64,000 nt of DNA, taken from Oculina patagonica (taxonomy: Eukaryota). The stretch is from NCBI RefSeq assembly GCF_052425735.1, contig NC_135767.1:6138001-6202000 (forward strand), read 5' to 3'. The notes under the pieces are model-generated. The model had not been told where the DNA came from and did not search any database. It saw only the letters and a list, made by a program, of their open reading frames with translations. Below, in pieces: positions 11,208-23,731 of the stretch (within the stretch, counting starts at the first letter, position 1; every line of letters begins with the position of its first letter). Position numbers and translations under genes: made by a program.

Positions 11208-12702
11208 AAAATTCAATGAAAAACTTTGTTTATCCGGACGGCGTAATTTTTTTTATTTGCTATTAAAATAGCATTTTTTTTAATGCTAAATAATATATAA
11301 AATAGAATGTGTTTCAACAAACATGGCAAGAGGATTAAGTTCGTTGACAAACAAAGTAGAATCAATATACTTCGTGGATAAATAATGGCTGCCCGCAAAC
11401 AAATATGTTTCGTGATTAAAATTGATAAACTAAAATGAAAGCAATAACTCGAGAAAAAAATTCTGAGGGATTAACCTTCACTGTACATCTTCTGTACAAA
11501 AACTGCCAGGAATTCTGCGACAGTGTATCGAAGGGTTTTAGACGGTACTATACGTCTAGCAGCTAAGATGGTTTTTTCAGCTTAAACGATTAAAACTGAC
11601 GGATCTTGGACAGATGAACGGTCGGTCGGCAAAGTTGATTAAAGGGGAAAGCTTGGCAGAGCACAGACTCGTTCCACGACACTGGTTACTCAATGCCAGA
11701 GGTACAGGGTCGTTGTCTCCTTTCACTCGGACAGTATAACAGCTAGGACTCACACAGATTAAACAATTTAATTGTCGTCCATCGACACTTACCTCTGAAG
11801 AGAAAATTGCTCAACATTTCGACATTTAATTTAATATAGGTTTCAGGATATTATACAAGATGTAGACAAACAATGATGTTACTTGGAAATGCATCTTGGA
11901 AATGCGCTGGCTTTGCAGTTTAAAGCAATCTGAATATGAATAAAATACCGAACAAATACAACTATCAACTGTTCCTAAGACTTGAACATGAATCCATTCT
12001 TATGTTAATTAACATTAACGAGTTTGACAATCATTCTGTATTGATACATTTAGTAAAAAACTAACATAAGATCAGCTGCTGCATCCTGCTGTCCGAACAA
12101 AAAGAGTATTTTACAACTGCGCATTTCCTGAGAGATAACGCTTTGCTTACAGTTACTTGCTAACGGTGGAACTGAGTTCTGAAAAGTCAATACAACGATA
12201 GGAAATCATAATTCAACATAGTCAGCATAGCAAATATTTCACTGCAGAAAACGACTTATGCTTTGGTGAGTTTTTTTGTGTGTGGCAATAAACTGAAAGG
12301 CTCTGCTCCTAAATAACAGAAGAACATGAAATGCGCCCAATCTTTTCATTTCAATCTTTTTTTAAAATGATAAAGCCGATGCTATTATTTCGGTCTTAAT
12401 TGTACCCTAACAACTTGGAAAAATAGCACAATCACAATTATTTTTGTTTTTTAACTGGTAAGCGATGTAAGTAACTGACATATCTATCAGATTTAAACTC
12501 AAACGTTCAAGAAAATAGTCAAATTGCGAGATTAAAAGCCTAATTCAATAAACACCAGGCCCTTCAAAATACAAGCGGACGTGTTATCGGGAACATATAA
12601 AATCTTCAGCCCACTTACAAAGCTGAAATCGTTTTTTCTGAAAACAGCTAACTTCTTTGACTTCAAGCAAACTTCAAAGCAACAGCTTATTACCAAAGAA
12701 CA

Positions 12703-13613
12703 ATGACGAACATAACTGGAGAAGAAAACTACACAAGCAAACTGAATCAAGCACTCAGCGCACCACCAGCAGGCATAGCTGAATTTTTTTCAGCTTTGAA
12801 CATTTTTCTTTCCATCACTTCAGCTGTGGGCAATGCTCTGATCCTTATGGCTCTGAAGAATGTCTCTTCTATTCATTCTCCGACAAAACTTTTCTTTCGA
12901 TGTCTGGCGGTCACTGATCTTTGCGTTGGTTTTATTGTACAACCACTCTATGCTACCTACATCATGTTTAGTATAATAAAGATAAACGTGAATGTGCTGA
13001 ACAATGTTTACACAGTCATTGCAGCTTCAGGTTATATTTTATGTGGAGTATCTGTCTTAACATCGACCGCAATAAGTGTGGACAGACTTCTCGCCCTGTT
13101 GCTGGGCTGAGATACAGACATGTCGTGACATTGAGGCGAGTTCGTGTAGTCATAACTTGTTTTTGGATAATTGCTGTTATATTTGGATGGCTCCGGGTGT
13201 GGAGAGAAGATATCGCCTACAAGGAAGCCTCTGTTATCTTACCTCTTTGCCTGGCAACCTCCATTTTTTGTTTTACGACGATCCATCTCAAACTACGGCA
13301 TCATCAAGTCCTAGTACAAAACAATGTCCCTCACGGACAACAGAACGGAGAAGGGATTCCACTAAACATACCAAGATACAAAAGGACAGTTTCCAGCATT
13401 ATGTGGGTGCAGTTGGCAGTAGTTGCCTGCTATGTTCCGTGGGGCATTGAGACTGTATTATATGCGAATGGAATTGAACATATTGTTGCTCGGTTAGCCA
13501 CAGATACACTCATCTACTTCAACTCAACTCTAAACCCAATCTTGTACCGTTGGAGAATCAGGGAAGTGAAACAAGCAGTTAAAGACACAATCAGGCAGCT
13601 TTACTGTTTTTAG
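12703..13613 (+). pseudogene. GPCR copy 5, 1-nt deletion frameshift in ICL2
   Basis: ctgggctgaga at about 13102-13112 versus ctgggactgaga in paralogs splits the 7TM into two ORFs (12703-13110, 13041-13613). Confidence 0.8.
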
Positions 13614-15871
13614 AACACTAGCAATGTAAATCGACGCAAAGTTGCAAAGAACAACCGACAGTCTCGAGATTGCGTAAATACGGCTAAGTTCATCTCTTAC
13701 AATGAGCAAAATTGCCTTCAAATCAGGTTGGAAAAGGTCGAAAAAGCGCTAGAATACCAACGACAAAATGTAAATATGTCGACAAAGATGAGGCATCCGT
13801 TAAGTGTCATTTGACTCAAACATTGAAGCAGCATCTTTGTTTTTACTTTAATTTAGCTATCATGCTAGGCCACCGATTAGTATGTATCAGCATAAACTCG
13901 AGGGTAGGTTTCACAACAGACATTTTCCATTTTATGATTCGTCTTCGGATCTACATTATCTATTATATATCTGCTAGAATTAAAATCTTAGCTAACAGTT
14001 AGGTTTATAGCTAAGTCCAAAACCAATGCGGGTTCTGCCCGGTTCTTTAATGATTCATAGTAACTGATCGAATCGCACGGCCTTGCGCTGGCGATGTTTC
14101 ATGATGCGAGATTTCATAATGAATAGTAACAGAAAATTCAGGTTATTCAAGATAAATAATAAAAAATGTACAATGTTTAATTGTGCATCTTTTGAAGGCA
14201 ATAAATTTATCCAACCCAAAACTTGTACTTTAAGATGAAGAACCGTTTAAAATATTTTTGTAGACCAGCATTTTCTAATCAAACGAACAATCTTTACTTC
14301 GACCGTATTGTGGAAAAAAGACAATTTGCACAAATGGTGTCTTCATTTGAATAACATGATTATATATCCTAAACCTCACATTCACGCAAAACATCTTTGT
14401 CTGTAAACATCCACATAAGCCTTCTCAACTTGCAAACTTTGTATCTTTGACTGACTCTAACGATACAGTAAAATGGCGATTATAGCCCTGAGCTTATACA
14501 ACTTCGTAAGGGGTTTTAGATGGGTTTATATCTGAGGGAGCTTAGATCCGGAGGGGTTTATAACCGGCATAAAAAACCCTTTGGAAATAAAATGGAACGC
14601 GTTTTTGAGACTATTGTGAGGGATATGTTGTAACAAAATAACTCTAATTAACTTGGCGGTTTGATCTGCAATTTTACGGTATAAAGGCTGGATGAAGCCC
14701 TCTGAAGGGGCGGGAAAGAGGCTTTCTTCAAATCATCAAACATTTTGTGCAAATAGAAAAACAGTGCGTTCTTAAATTAGAGAAAAAGTTAAACAAAACA
14801 CTACTTTTTGTTACTTAATCAATTCATACATGTATGAGACACATATTTGACTTTTCACAAATCGCAAGGATTTAATTAATAAGCGGGACGTGTTGCGTGA
14901 GGGATAAGAAAGACATAAGTTCATTTCAATTGTGTGAATGCTGACAAACTGTTTTCAGCTGTTATATCAAACGAAAGACTTTTTATAATAGACTTTGCCG
15001 CTAATAAGCCGGAACTTCAAACGCGCCCGTTCCTTTGCTAAACTCTTCTGTTAACACGATATGCGACTGTTTTTATTTTCAATTTATTTGTGCTAAAACA
15101 TGTAAAGAAACAACCTCAATTCCTTTTTAAACTCGTAAAGTAGGGTAATATTCCCAAGCAATAGACAACATATCTTTCACTTTCAACACAAACTTGACTT
15201 CATAAGTTCGAGAAAAACGACAAATGGCGAGATTTGGTGACATTGTGGCGCCTGATACAAAACTTTTCACATAAAAATGAGAGTTGGACTCGAATTTTCT
15301 TCGTCATGTAGTTAAAAATGTCAGGTGGCTTGTCTCGACTGTCTAAGTTTTATTAAAATCAAACTCATTTTCACATAAATGGTTCTGTTTTCACCGAAAT
15401 TCGTGTTTAATTAAAAAGAAAAGCGACCGATAACTCAGAAATACAGACTGAGTAACCTATTTGCTAGTATTTGATAAAAAAGCAAATTTAAGACCCTTAT
15501 GAATAAGCATAAAAACACTGTTCATCTTTCATTTTTATCCAGTTTTTTTTTACTTCCTGTGCAGGTGTCTCCATCTGGGGTAATTAATTTCTCTGCACGA
15601 TGAACTGATATTATATCAAGCAACTGACAGATCTATCAGTTTTCAACTCAAACGTTCACGAAAATGGTCAAATTGCGAGATTTAAAAGTATAATGCAATA
15701 AACACAGGGCCTTAAATAGGAAGTCCTGTAAAAGCACACAAAGCACAAGAGGGATTGTTATCAGCAACATATAAAATCGTCATCCCAATAACAAAGCTGC
15801 AAGTTGATGCTTTTTTCTCGAACTTCAAACACTCTTCAAGGCAAGCTCAATTTTCCCGCCACCCAAGAAAA

Positions 15872-16786
15872 ATGGCAAACTTTACTGGAGAAGGAAACTA
15901 CACAAGCAAACTGAACCAAGCACTCAGCGCACCACCAGCAGGCATAGCTGAATTTTTTTCAGCTTTGAACATTTTTCTTTCCATTACCGCTGCTGTGGGC
16001 AATGCTCTGATCCTTGTGGCTCTGAAGAATGTCTCTTCTATTTATCCTCCGACAAAACTTTTCTTTCGATGTCTGGCGGTCACTGATCTTTGCGTTGGTC
16101 TTATTGTGCAACCACTTTATGCGACCAGCATTTTGTCTGTTATAATAAAGATGAACGTGAATGTTCTGTACTACGTTCACAACGTTTGGGGAGCAACAAC
16201 TTTTATTTTATGTGGCGTATCTGGTTCGACGTCGTCAGCAATTAGTGTGGACAGACTGCTCGCACTGTTGCTGGGACTGAGATACAGACATGTCGTAACA
16301 TTGAGTCGAGTTCGTGTAGTCATTACTTGTTTCTGGCTAATTGCTGCTTCAGGTGGATTGCTCTGGGTGTGGAGAAAAAAGATCGCCAACATGGAAGCCT
16401 CTGTTTTATTAATACTTTGTCTGGTAACTTGCATTTTCTGTTACACGAGGATCCACCTCAAACTACGACATCAACAAGCCCAAGTACAAAACAATGTCCC
16501 CCACGGACAACAGAACGGAGAAGGGAATCCACTAAACGTAGCAAGATACAAAAAGACAGTTTCCAGCATTATGTGGGTGCAGTTGGCATTAGTTGCCTGC
16601 TATGTTCCGTGGGGTATTGTGGCTGTGCTAGATGCGAATGGAATTGAACATGAACTCGTGACTTTGTTTACTACAGAAACACTAGTCTTTCTAAACTCAT
16701 CTCTAAACCCAATCTTGTACTGTTGGAAAATCAGGGAAGTGAAACAAGCAATAAAAGGCACAATCAGGCAGCTTTACTGTTTTTAA
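15872..16786 (+). CDS. Class A GPCR array copy 6 (304 aa)
   Basis: ATG at 15872 ([10 protein letters not shown]) matches paralog starts; the track's upstream TTG start is not used by other copies. Intact 7TM. Confidence 0.93.
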   Translation: MANFTGEGNYTSKLNQALSAPPAGIAEFFSALNIFLSITAAVGNALILVALKNVSSIYPPTKLFFRCLAVTDLCVGLIVQPLYATSILSVIIKMNVNVLYYVHNVWGATTFILCGVSGSTSSAISVDRLLALLLGLRYRHVVTLSRVRVVITCFWLIAASGGLLWVWRKKIANMEASVLLILCLVTCIFCYTRIHLKLRHQQAQVQNNVPHGQQNGEGNPLNVARYKKTVSSIMWVQLALVACYVPWGIVAVLDANGIEHELVTLFTTETLVFLNSSLNPILYCWKIREVKQAIKGTIRQLYCF

Positions 16787-18655
16787 AAGAATAACTGTGT
16801 AGATCGACATAAGGTTGCAAAGTACATTTGACAGTGTCCAAATTTACCTTCAAATTGTATTTGAAAAGATTGAGACAGCGCTAGTTTACGAACGATAAAC
16901 TACGAAACTGTAAACCAAGATGCGCCTTCCATTACGCATCCATTTGGGAGAAAGCGTAAAGCAGTCCCTTTGTTTGCTTTTGTTTTATTATTTCGCTATC
17001 ATGTTAAACCACCGATGAGGAAACTAAAAAAAATGTAGACGCGAGTTAAGACATTAGGTTAGGTTTTACAACAGACATTTAACAGATTATGAAGGTTATG
17101 TTGATTCCTCTTTGGATGGCGGCAAATCTATAATATTATGACCTATACCAGAGTTGACACTTTTGCTAACAGATAAGTTAAGTCTACAATGAAGTAAGTG
17201 TGATCATTTGTATGATAGGATAACACAGAATGTATGAGAACAGAAATTTCAGTTCATTCAGGAAAAACAAAATTCAATGAAAAACTTTGTTTATCCGGAC
17301 GGCTTAATTTTTTTTTTATTTGCTATTAAAATAGCATTTTTTAATGCTAAATAATATAAATAGAATGTGTTTCAACAAACATGGCAAGAGGATTAAGTTC
17401 GTGGACAAACAAAGTAGAATCAATATACTTCGTGGATAAATAATGGCTGCCCGCAAACAAATATGTTTCGTGATTAAAATTGATAAAGTAAAAGGAAAGC
17501 AATAACTCGAGAAAAAAATTCTGAGGGATTAACCTTCACTGTACATCTTCTGTACAAAAACTGCCAGGAATTCTGCGACAGTGTATCGAAGGGTTTTAGA
17601 CGGTACTATACGTCTAGCAGCTAAGATGGTTTTTCAGCTTGAACGATTAAAACTGACGGATCTTGGACAGATGAACGGTCGGCAAAATTGATTAAAGGGG
17701 AAAGCTTGGCAGAGCACAGACTCGCTCCACGACAATGGTTACTTAACAGCAGAGGTACAGGGTCGTTGTCTCCTGTCAGTCAGACAGCATAACAGCTAGG
17801 ACTCGCACAGATTAAACAATTTAATTGACGTCCATTGACACTTATCTCTGAAGAGGAAATTGCTCAGCATTTCGACATTTAATTCAATATAGGTTTCAGG
17901 ATATTATACAAGATCTTGGCAAACAATGATGCTACTTGGAAATGCAGTTGGAAATGCGCTTGCTTCGCAGTTTAGATCAATCTGAATAGGAATAAATTAC
18001 CGAACAAATACAACTATCAACTGACTTGAACATGAATCCATTCTTATGTAAACATTAACGAGTTTGACAATCGTTCTGCATTGATAAAACCTGCTGTCAA
18101 CCTGAAGAAATATTCTGTAAATTGTCGACTTTAAGAAGGATATGCAAATATTTGTTTGACTACTGCAATATCGTGTGATCAATAATTGCCACTGGTTGAA
18201 ATTGATAAATAACGGATAAACAATTTTCTCCGGATTTAAAATTGTTGTGTTAATGGATCTATACAGCTTCAGCATCTTACAATGTCTAAATGCATCGCTG
18301 ATATTCTGTGTTCCTGAACCCCGACAGAAAAACGAGTGATGCCTTACACAGCTTACTCGATGCCTTCAAGCACAATTATAAAAGATTATTATGTAATAAT
18401 CAATCCCGATTTTCGACGTTGCGCGATAACAAGAAAAAAGGTTTTATGTTAATTACTAGATTTAACTGCTACTCAAAGGCTCTACCCAAAAATAATTATA
18501 ACGGCAGAACTTTTGGGAAATGAGCACAATCTCAAAATTTTTGTTTTATAAATAGTAAGCGATGTAATATCAAGCAACTGACAGATATATCAGTTTTAAA
18601 CTCAAATATTCACGAAAATGGACGAATGACTTAATTTAAAAGGCTAATGCAATTA

Positions 18656-18950
18656 AAACTGGGCCTTTTATGACAAATAGGTCAGACAAGTGAAAAAGAC
18701 ACTTACAAAGCACAAGTGGGCGTGTAAACAGCGACATATAAAGTTATCATCTCACTAAAAAACTGGGCCTTTTAGGATAAATAAGAAGTCAAGTGAAAAA
18801 GGCACTTACAAAGCACAAGTGGGCGTGTAAACAGCGACATATAAAGTCATCATCTCACTAAAAAAACTGGGCCTTTTAGGATAAATAAGAAGTCAAGTGA
18901 AAAAGGCACTTACAAAGCACAAGTAGGCGTGTAAACAGCGACATATAAAG
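18656..18950 (+). repeat. Tandem triplication of a roughly 105-bp promoter module upstream of GPCR copy 7
   Basis: Three consecutive aaaactgggcctttta...gcacaagt(g/a)ggcgtgtaaacagcgacatataaag units. Confidence 0.85.
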
Positions 18951-19173
18951 ATATCTCCTAATGGTTTAATATCATCATCTCACTAACAAAGCTGCACGCT
19001 GAAACTTTTGTCTTACTGGTTAATTTGCAACGTTTTATTAAGTAACTGACAGATCTATCCGTTATAATATCAAACGTACATGAAAATAGTCAAATTGCCG
19101 GATCTAAAAGCATAATGCAATGAACACCGGACTTTTAAGGATTAACAGGAAGTCCTGTAAAAAAATATACGCA

Positions 19174-19210
19174 CAGCACAAGAGGGCGTGTTATCAGCGA
19201 CATATAAAAT
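19174..19210 (+). promoter_or_regulatory. Putative core promoter (GC-box-like GGGCGTG plus TATA-like CATATAAA), representative of all array copies
   Basis: A similar motif pair lies about 110-150 nt upstream of the ATG of copies 2-10 (about 2550, 3856, 9439, 12571, 15742, 19174, 22670, 31738, 36693). Confidence 0.55.
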
Positions 19211-19323
19211 TATCATCCCAAAAACTAAGCTGCAATTTGATACCTTGTTCCTCAAAAGATTGTACCTTCCTGAACTTCAAGCACTTTCCAAGGCAAGCTT
19301 AACTTTCTGACCACCAAAGAACA

Positions 19324-20235
19324 ATGGCGAACTTTACTGGAGAAGGAAACTACACAAGCAAACTGAATCAAGCACTCAGCGCACCACCAGCAGGCATAGT
19401 TGAATTTTTTTCAGCTTTAAACATTTTTCTTTCCATCACCGCTGCTGTGGGCAATGCTTTGATTCTTTTTGCTCTGAAGAATGTCTCTTCTATTCATCCT
19501 CCGACAAAACTTTTCTTTCGATGTCTGGCGGTCACTGATCTTTGCGTTGGTCTTACTATGCAACCACTCTACGCCACCCGCATTATGTCTCGTATTATAA
19601 AAATGAACGTGAATGTGCTGTACTATGTTCAGAAAGTCAATACAGCTTCAAGTTTTATCTTATGTGGAGTATCTGGCTTGACATCGACAGCAATTAGTGT
19701 GGACAGACTTCTCGCACTGTTGCTGGGACTGAGATACAGACATGTCGTAACATTGAGGCGAGTTCGTGTAGTCATAAGTTGTTTCTGGCTAATTGCTATT
19801 CCAATTGTATTGCTCCGAGTGTGGAGAGAAGATATTACCTTTAAGGCAACCTCTGTTTCCATAATACTTTGTCTGCTTACTTCGATTTTCTGTTACACGA
19901 GGATCCACCTCAAACTACGACATCAACAAGCCCTAGTACAAAACAATGTCCCCCACGGACAAGAGAACGGAGAAGGGATTCCACTAAACATAGCACGATA
20001 CAAAAAGACAGTTTCCAGCATTATGTGGGTGCAGTTGGCATTAGTTGCCTGCTATGTGCCGAGGGTGATTGTGGGTGTGCTGTATACGAATGCAACAGAA
20101 CATTTTGTGGCTTGGTTCGCAGCAATGACGCTAGTCTACTTAAACTCATCTCTAAACCCGATCTTGTATTGTTGGAAAATTAGGGAAGTGAAACAAGCAG
20201 TTAAAGGCACAATCAGGCAACTTTACTGTTTTTAA
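19324..20235 (+). CDS. Class A GPCR array copy 7 (303 aa)
   Basis: Intact 7TM ORF; CYVPR variant and an NAT sequon in ECL3. Confidence 0.93.
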   Translation: MANFTGEGNYTSKLNQALSAPPAGIVEFFSALNIFLSITAAVGNALILFALKNVSSIHPPTKLFFRCLAVTDLCVGLTMQPLYATRIMSRIIKMNVNVLYYVQKVNTASSFILCGVSGLTSTAISVDRLLALLLGLRYRHVVTLRRVRVVISCFWLIAIPIVLLRVWREDITFKATSVSIILCLLTSIFCYTRIHLKLRHQQALVQNNVPHGQENGEGIPLNIARYKKTVSSIMWVQLALVACYVPRVIVGVLYTNATEHFVAWFAAMTLVYLNSSLNPILYCWKIREVKQAVKGTIRQLYCF

Positions 20236-22818
20236 AAGACTAGCTGAATAAATCGACAAAAAGTTGAGAAATACAATTGACAGTGTTCAAATAGCGCGAA
20301 AAAGTAGCTTAATTCATTTCTTGCAATGTTCACAGTTTCCTTTAAATCGAACTGGGAAAGAGTGAGAATGCGCTAGATTACGAACGATAAACTACAAAAC
20401 TGTAGACAAAGATGCGCCTTCCATTACGCATGCATTTGGCGCAAATAGTGAAGCAGCAACTTTGTTTTAACTTTAATTTAACTATCATGCTATAAGCCGC
20501 CCACGAGAAAACTTAAATAAATGTAAACGCGAGGTTTCACAGCGATTCCTCTTTGGATGGGTGCAAATCTATAATATATTACCTACAGCAGAGTAAAAAC
20601 TTTTGCTTAAGGTAAGGTTTATAACTAAGTCCGTGTGATGTATGATGGGAGATCACATAATGTATGATAACAGAAAATTCAGATAACTCAAGATAAATAA
20701 AATATTAAAAAGTGTACAACGTTCAGCTGTGCATCTTTTGATGACAATAACTTTATCCAACCCAAAATTTGTATTTTAACATGAATAACAAATTAAAAAT
20801 TTTTTCCAGAACAGCTTTCTTTACAAATGAACAATCTTTTATTCGACCGTGTTGTGACGACAGTGACTTTTGGTTCTATTTCACTGTATAATTTTTAAAA
20901 TTTCTTTATTTCTGTAAATGTTTTCGGAAGCAAATATTCTGTTTCCGAGAAGCAAAAATTAAAGAAAGGTTTTTGATTCTGATATTTTTTGTCCCTGGGT
21001 TCAAACTTATTTTTGTCGGGAGTTCCGACTTGTGCTACCGCTGCGTTTAAAATTACGTTGCTAATGGACCGTTTCGAATAATTTGAATCTGGGTTCAATT
21101 TTTTTGGTGGTTTTTGCTTGATGCGCTGTTCATGACATCGAACTTAAGCAGGCAATGAAATGTGGAACAAGATTGGTGCAATCGCGAACACAAAAAAAAT
21201 TTGCGCCATCTGCTCAACCAATCAGATACAAAAACAAAACCAATCACGACTTGGTCACGTGCGTTTTCCCGCGCTTGGCGCCGGTTGCGCGTGCTTGATT
21301 CGTGTTCTCATTTTGTTGTTTAAGATTGTTGTGACTGGTCACTTAGATCCCTTTGTTCTTACGCTGCTTTTGTGCTTTTTAACTTCCCGTTTGCCTTCTG
21401 ACTCAATAGTGCACACTTGGCGTTTACTTTGTTGCATTGCGCATCCTTACTGCCAATAATTTCACGCGTGATTTGCGCGCGGAAATTAAAAGATGGCGTT
21501 AAAACGAGTATAAACGAGTATAGTTACCTATCAATTTTTCCCTCTTGCTTTGAATTGAACAACGATTTTCTTTATAGAGTATAGACCATATCCCAATGTA
21601 GAATAAGAAACAATTGCCAGAAACGTGAATTAAGCAAGCAATCGCGAATTTAATCATAATGGCATTACAAGGCATTATTAGGTATAGTCTCCTAGAATTA
21701 TTCTGTAAATTTTCGACTCTAAGAAGGATATGCAAATATTTGTTTGACTAATGCAATATCCGGTGATCAATAATTGCCACTGGTTGAAATTGATAAATGA
21801 CGGGGAAACAAGATTCTCCGGATTTAAATTTTCTGTGCTAATGGGTCTATTTATACAGCTTCAGTATCTTAAAATGTCTAAATGCATCGTTGAAATTGTG
21901 TTCCTTAACCTCGACAGAAAAACAAATGATGCCTTACACAGCTTACTCGATGCCTTCAATCACAATTACCGCCGGGTTTCCAAGGTGGAGTTGTAAATAG
22001 TCCCCTTGAGCTTTTATTTGAGGTATAAAAGCTGTAGTTGTAATGTCAATTAGTAAGTCTGTCAAAAATAATGCATAAAATCCGTTGTTTAATAAACTCC
22101 GGACTCGAACAAACTGCATGAGTCAAATAAACGCCGGGTCCACCAGGCTGAGTTTGAAATAAATCAAGCCCGATGTTCGACGTTGCGCGATTAACTGCTA
22201 GCTCTGCCCAAAAATAATTATAACGGCAGAACTTTTGGAAAAATAGCACAAGCTCAAAATTTTTGTTTTATAAAAAGTAAGCGATGTAATATCAAGCAAC
22301 TGACAGATATATTAGTTTTAACCTCAAATGTTCACGAAAATGGCCGAATGACGTAATTTAAATGTCAGATGCAATTAAAACTGGGCCTTTTAGGATAAAT
22401 AGGAAGTCAAGTGAAAAAGACACTTACAAAGCACAAGTGGGCGTGTAAACAGCGATATACAAACTCATCATCTCACTAACAAAGCTGCAAGCTGAAACTT
22501 TTGTCTCACTGGTTAATTTACAACGTTTAATCAAACAACTGACAGATCTATCAGTTTTAATATCAAACGTACAAGAAAATAGTCAAATTGCTAGATTTAC
22601 AAGTATAATGCAATAAACACCGGGCTTTTAAGGAGCATCAGGAAGTCCTGTCAAAAAAAATACACGCACAGCACAAGAGTTCGTGTTAACAGCGACATAT
22701 AAAATCATCATTTCTAAAACAAAGCTGTAAGTTGATACTTTATTCCTCAAACGTTTGTACCTTCCTCTACTTTAAGCACTCTTCAAGGCGAGCTTAAATT
22801 TCTGACCACCCAAGAACA

Positions 22819-23731
22819 ATGGCGAACTTTACTGGAGAAGGAAACTACACAAGCAAACTGAACCAAGCACTCAGCGCACCACCAGCAGGCATAGTTGAAT
22901 TTTTTTCAGCTTTGAACATTTTTCTTTCCATCACCGCTGCTGTGGGCAATGCTCTGATCCTTTTTGCTCTGAAGAATGTCTCTTCTATTCATCCTCCGAC
23001 AAAACGTTTCTTTCGATGTCTGGCGGTCACTGATCTTTGCGTTGGTCTTATTACACAACCACTTCATGCTACCTACATTGTGTCTAGTATAGATAAAGAT
23101 GAACGTGAATGTTTTGTACTATGTCAACAAAGTTTATGGAGTTTTAGGTTATATTTTATGTGGAGTATCTGCCTTGACATCGACAGCAATTAGTGTGGAC
23201 AGACTTCTCGCACTGTTGCTGGGACTGAGATACAGACATGTCGTAACATTATGGCGAGTTCGTGTAGTCATAACTTGTCTGTGGTTAATTGCTGCTATAG
23301 TTGGATGGCTCCGGGTGTGGAGAAGAGATATCGCGAATAAGGAAGCCTCTGTTGTTTTAATACTTTGTCTGGTAACTTCCATTTTCTGTTACACGAGGAT
23401 CCACCTCAAACTACGACATCAACAAGCCCTAGTACAAAACAATGTGCCCCACAGACAACAGAATGGAAATGTGATTCCACTAAACATAGCAAGATACAAA
23501 AAGACAGTTTCCAGCATTATGTGGGTGCAGTTGGCATTAGTTGCCTGCTATGTTCCGAGGATCATTGCCTTTGTGCTATATGCGAATGGAATTGAACACG
23601 ACGTGGCTTGGCTAGCTACATCAACTCTGGTCTTGTTGAACTCATCTCTGAACCCGATCTTGTACTGTTGGAAAATAAGGGAAGTGAAACAAGCAGTTAA
23701 AGGCACAATCAGGCAGCTTTACTGTTTTTAA
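22819..23731 (+). pseudogene. GPCR copy 8, +1 frameshift in ECL1
   Basis: agtatagataaagatg (extra G at 23092) versus agtataataaagatg in paralogs; ORFs 22819-23193 and 23099-23731. Confidence 0.8.

Noticed and set aside
15755-15871. N-terminal extensions of GPCR ORFs in the track (also 31751-31870)
   Set aside because: They start at TTG/GTG upstream of or within the TATA-like module, and all paralogs share the downstream ATG.
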